Below are positions 62,697-64,000 of a stretch of 64,000 nt of DNA, piece by piece. The number at the start of each line of letters is the position of its first letter. The stretch's first letter is position 1. Both the position numbers and the translations under genes were made by a program. Below the pieces are notes generated by a model. That model was not told where the DNA came from. It searched no databases and saw only the letters and a list, made by a program, of their open reading frames with translations. Source of the stretch: Ruditapes philippinarum (Eukaryota). The stretch is taken from NCBI RefSeq assembly GCF_026571515.1, contig NW_026865957.1, forward strand, positions 186,001-250,000. The letters run 5' to 3'.

Positions 62697-64000
62697 CCTA
62701 ATAAAAAGTTACAAAAACCTTTATTTGAAGAACAAAAAACTTATAACGACTTTTCAACTCACTTATTTAGGATTTTCAATCTCCTGTCACGGAGAAAGAA
62801 AATCCTAATTAGGAGAAAAAAAATCCGATGAGGAAAAATAAAAACCTCATTTAGCTCTGTATAACTCCTAATTTTCTCTGAATTAGGAGTTTCGAAGTCC
62901 TAATTAAGTTTTTACTCGTAGTTAGAGATTTCAAAGTTCTAATTAGGCTTTTCTCCTAATATCGAATGACAATTAAAGTCATCATTAGGAATAAAAAAAA
63001 TCTAATTAGGAAATGGTTTTCTTTTTACTATAAGATGTGTAACCAGGACGCTTACGTGGTAAACATTTCACTCTTTCTGCTAAATATTTAGTTTCAGTTT
63101 ACATTCTACGAAAAACATGTATACCAATGTTTACAAAAATAAAATCAGGTCAAGGGAAGAAACATGAGCAAGTATTATGTATTAAAATAGGAACCTGGTT
63201 CGGGAGGAAAACTAAAACGTAAACAAATCGGGCGTTATGCAACAGCTGCTGTAACACTTAGACAATAAGGCGAAATGCATAAAACACGCCCTTATCCATA
63301 GCTTGTTATCCATTTTTGATAATTTGTCAATTACTTGACGGCCTAGAAAAGTATAAAGTAGTCAACAAACCAAGCAGGGATTTTCAGACTGAAGTTTTTG
63401 AATTTTTTTCTGCCTTATATTTTTAATTGAATAACACTTTGTTGATACAAAATTGTAAGTTTTAAGAAAAATCTTTTTGTAACATTTTTACAACTAACAC
63501 TGACGTGGCTTTTCGGTGCTTTGTTGTTGTTTCGAATTGATGACAATATTTACGCGCTAAAAGACTGTTTTTAAACACATGCACAGTGTATTATTGTACA
63601 GTTGTATTTCTCAGCGGATTGAATTACATTAACCTACATTCAAGAAGCATGTGCGAAAAGGACAAAGCTAAAATTCCTTTGGTTTTGGTTCATCCTGAAT
63701 CAAATAGTTAACTTTTTCCTCGATTTTTAATTGTCAATAAACAAATAGACGCATTATAGAGGTTAACTAGTCATAATTGTTCTAGATGCAAGACTTTGCG
63801 ATCATCAATTATTATTTTTGCATAAAAATCTCTCACTCCTGTGGTCATTTAACGGGCTCGCAGGCTGGATCCCCATTCTTCTTATTTCATCTCCAGTAAC
63901 TCATGTTCGCCTTCTAGGCGATTTATATTTTCCGATAAAGTTTTCATGAAGATCTGAAGGTGACCGATAGGAGATCACCTTATCAGTCAATCAGTGACAG

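Overview
AT-rich, intron-containing, repeat-dense animal genomic DNA. The repeat families (Helentron/HINE-type elements with internal satellites, a palindromic MITE, a tRNA-derived SINE) suggest a bivalve mollusc, which is an inference. All supportable genes lie on the minus strand. They are a single-domain TMEM229-family gene (16363-16863), a spliced 4-exon LSM3 gene (46619-57643) that the ORF track misses, and between them a head-to-tail array of six 3-exon genes (22113-44150). I assembled the array by hand from splice sites. Each gene encodes signal peptide + tiny six-cysteine ectodomain (C-x10-C-x2-GCCG-x6/8-CC) + one TM helix + Pro-rich tail with PPxY or PSAP motifs, i.e. Shisa-like/CYYR1/WBP1-VOPP1-type membrane adaptors. 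The array contains a ~7.3 kb tandem duplication, a PPxY-to-PSAP motif switch between duplicates, a copy lacking its signal-peptide exon, uniformly phase-1 introns, and a 220-N gap inside one exon. The remainder is nested non-autonomous transposons, minisatellites and a decayed LINE.
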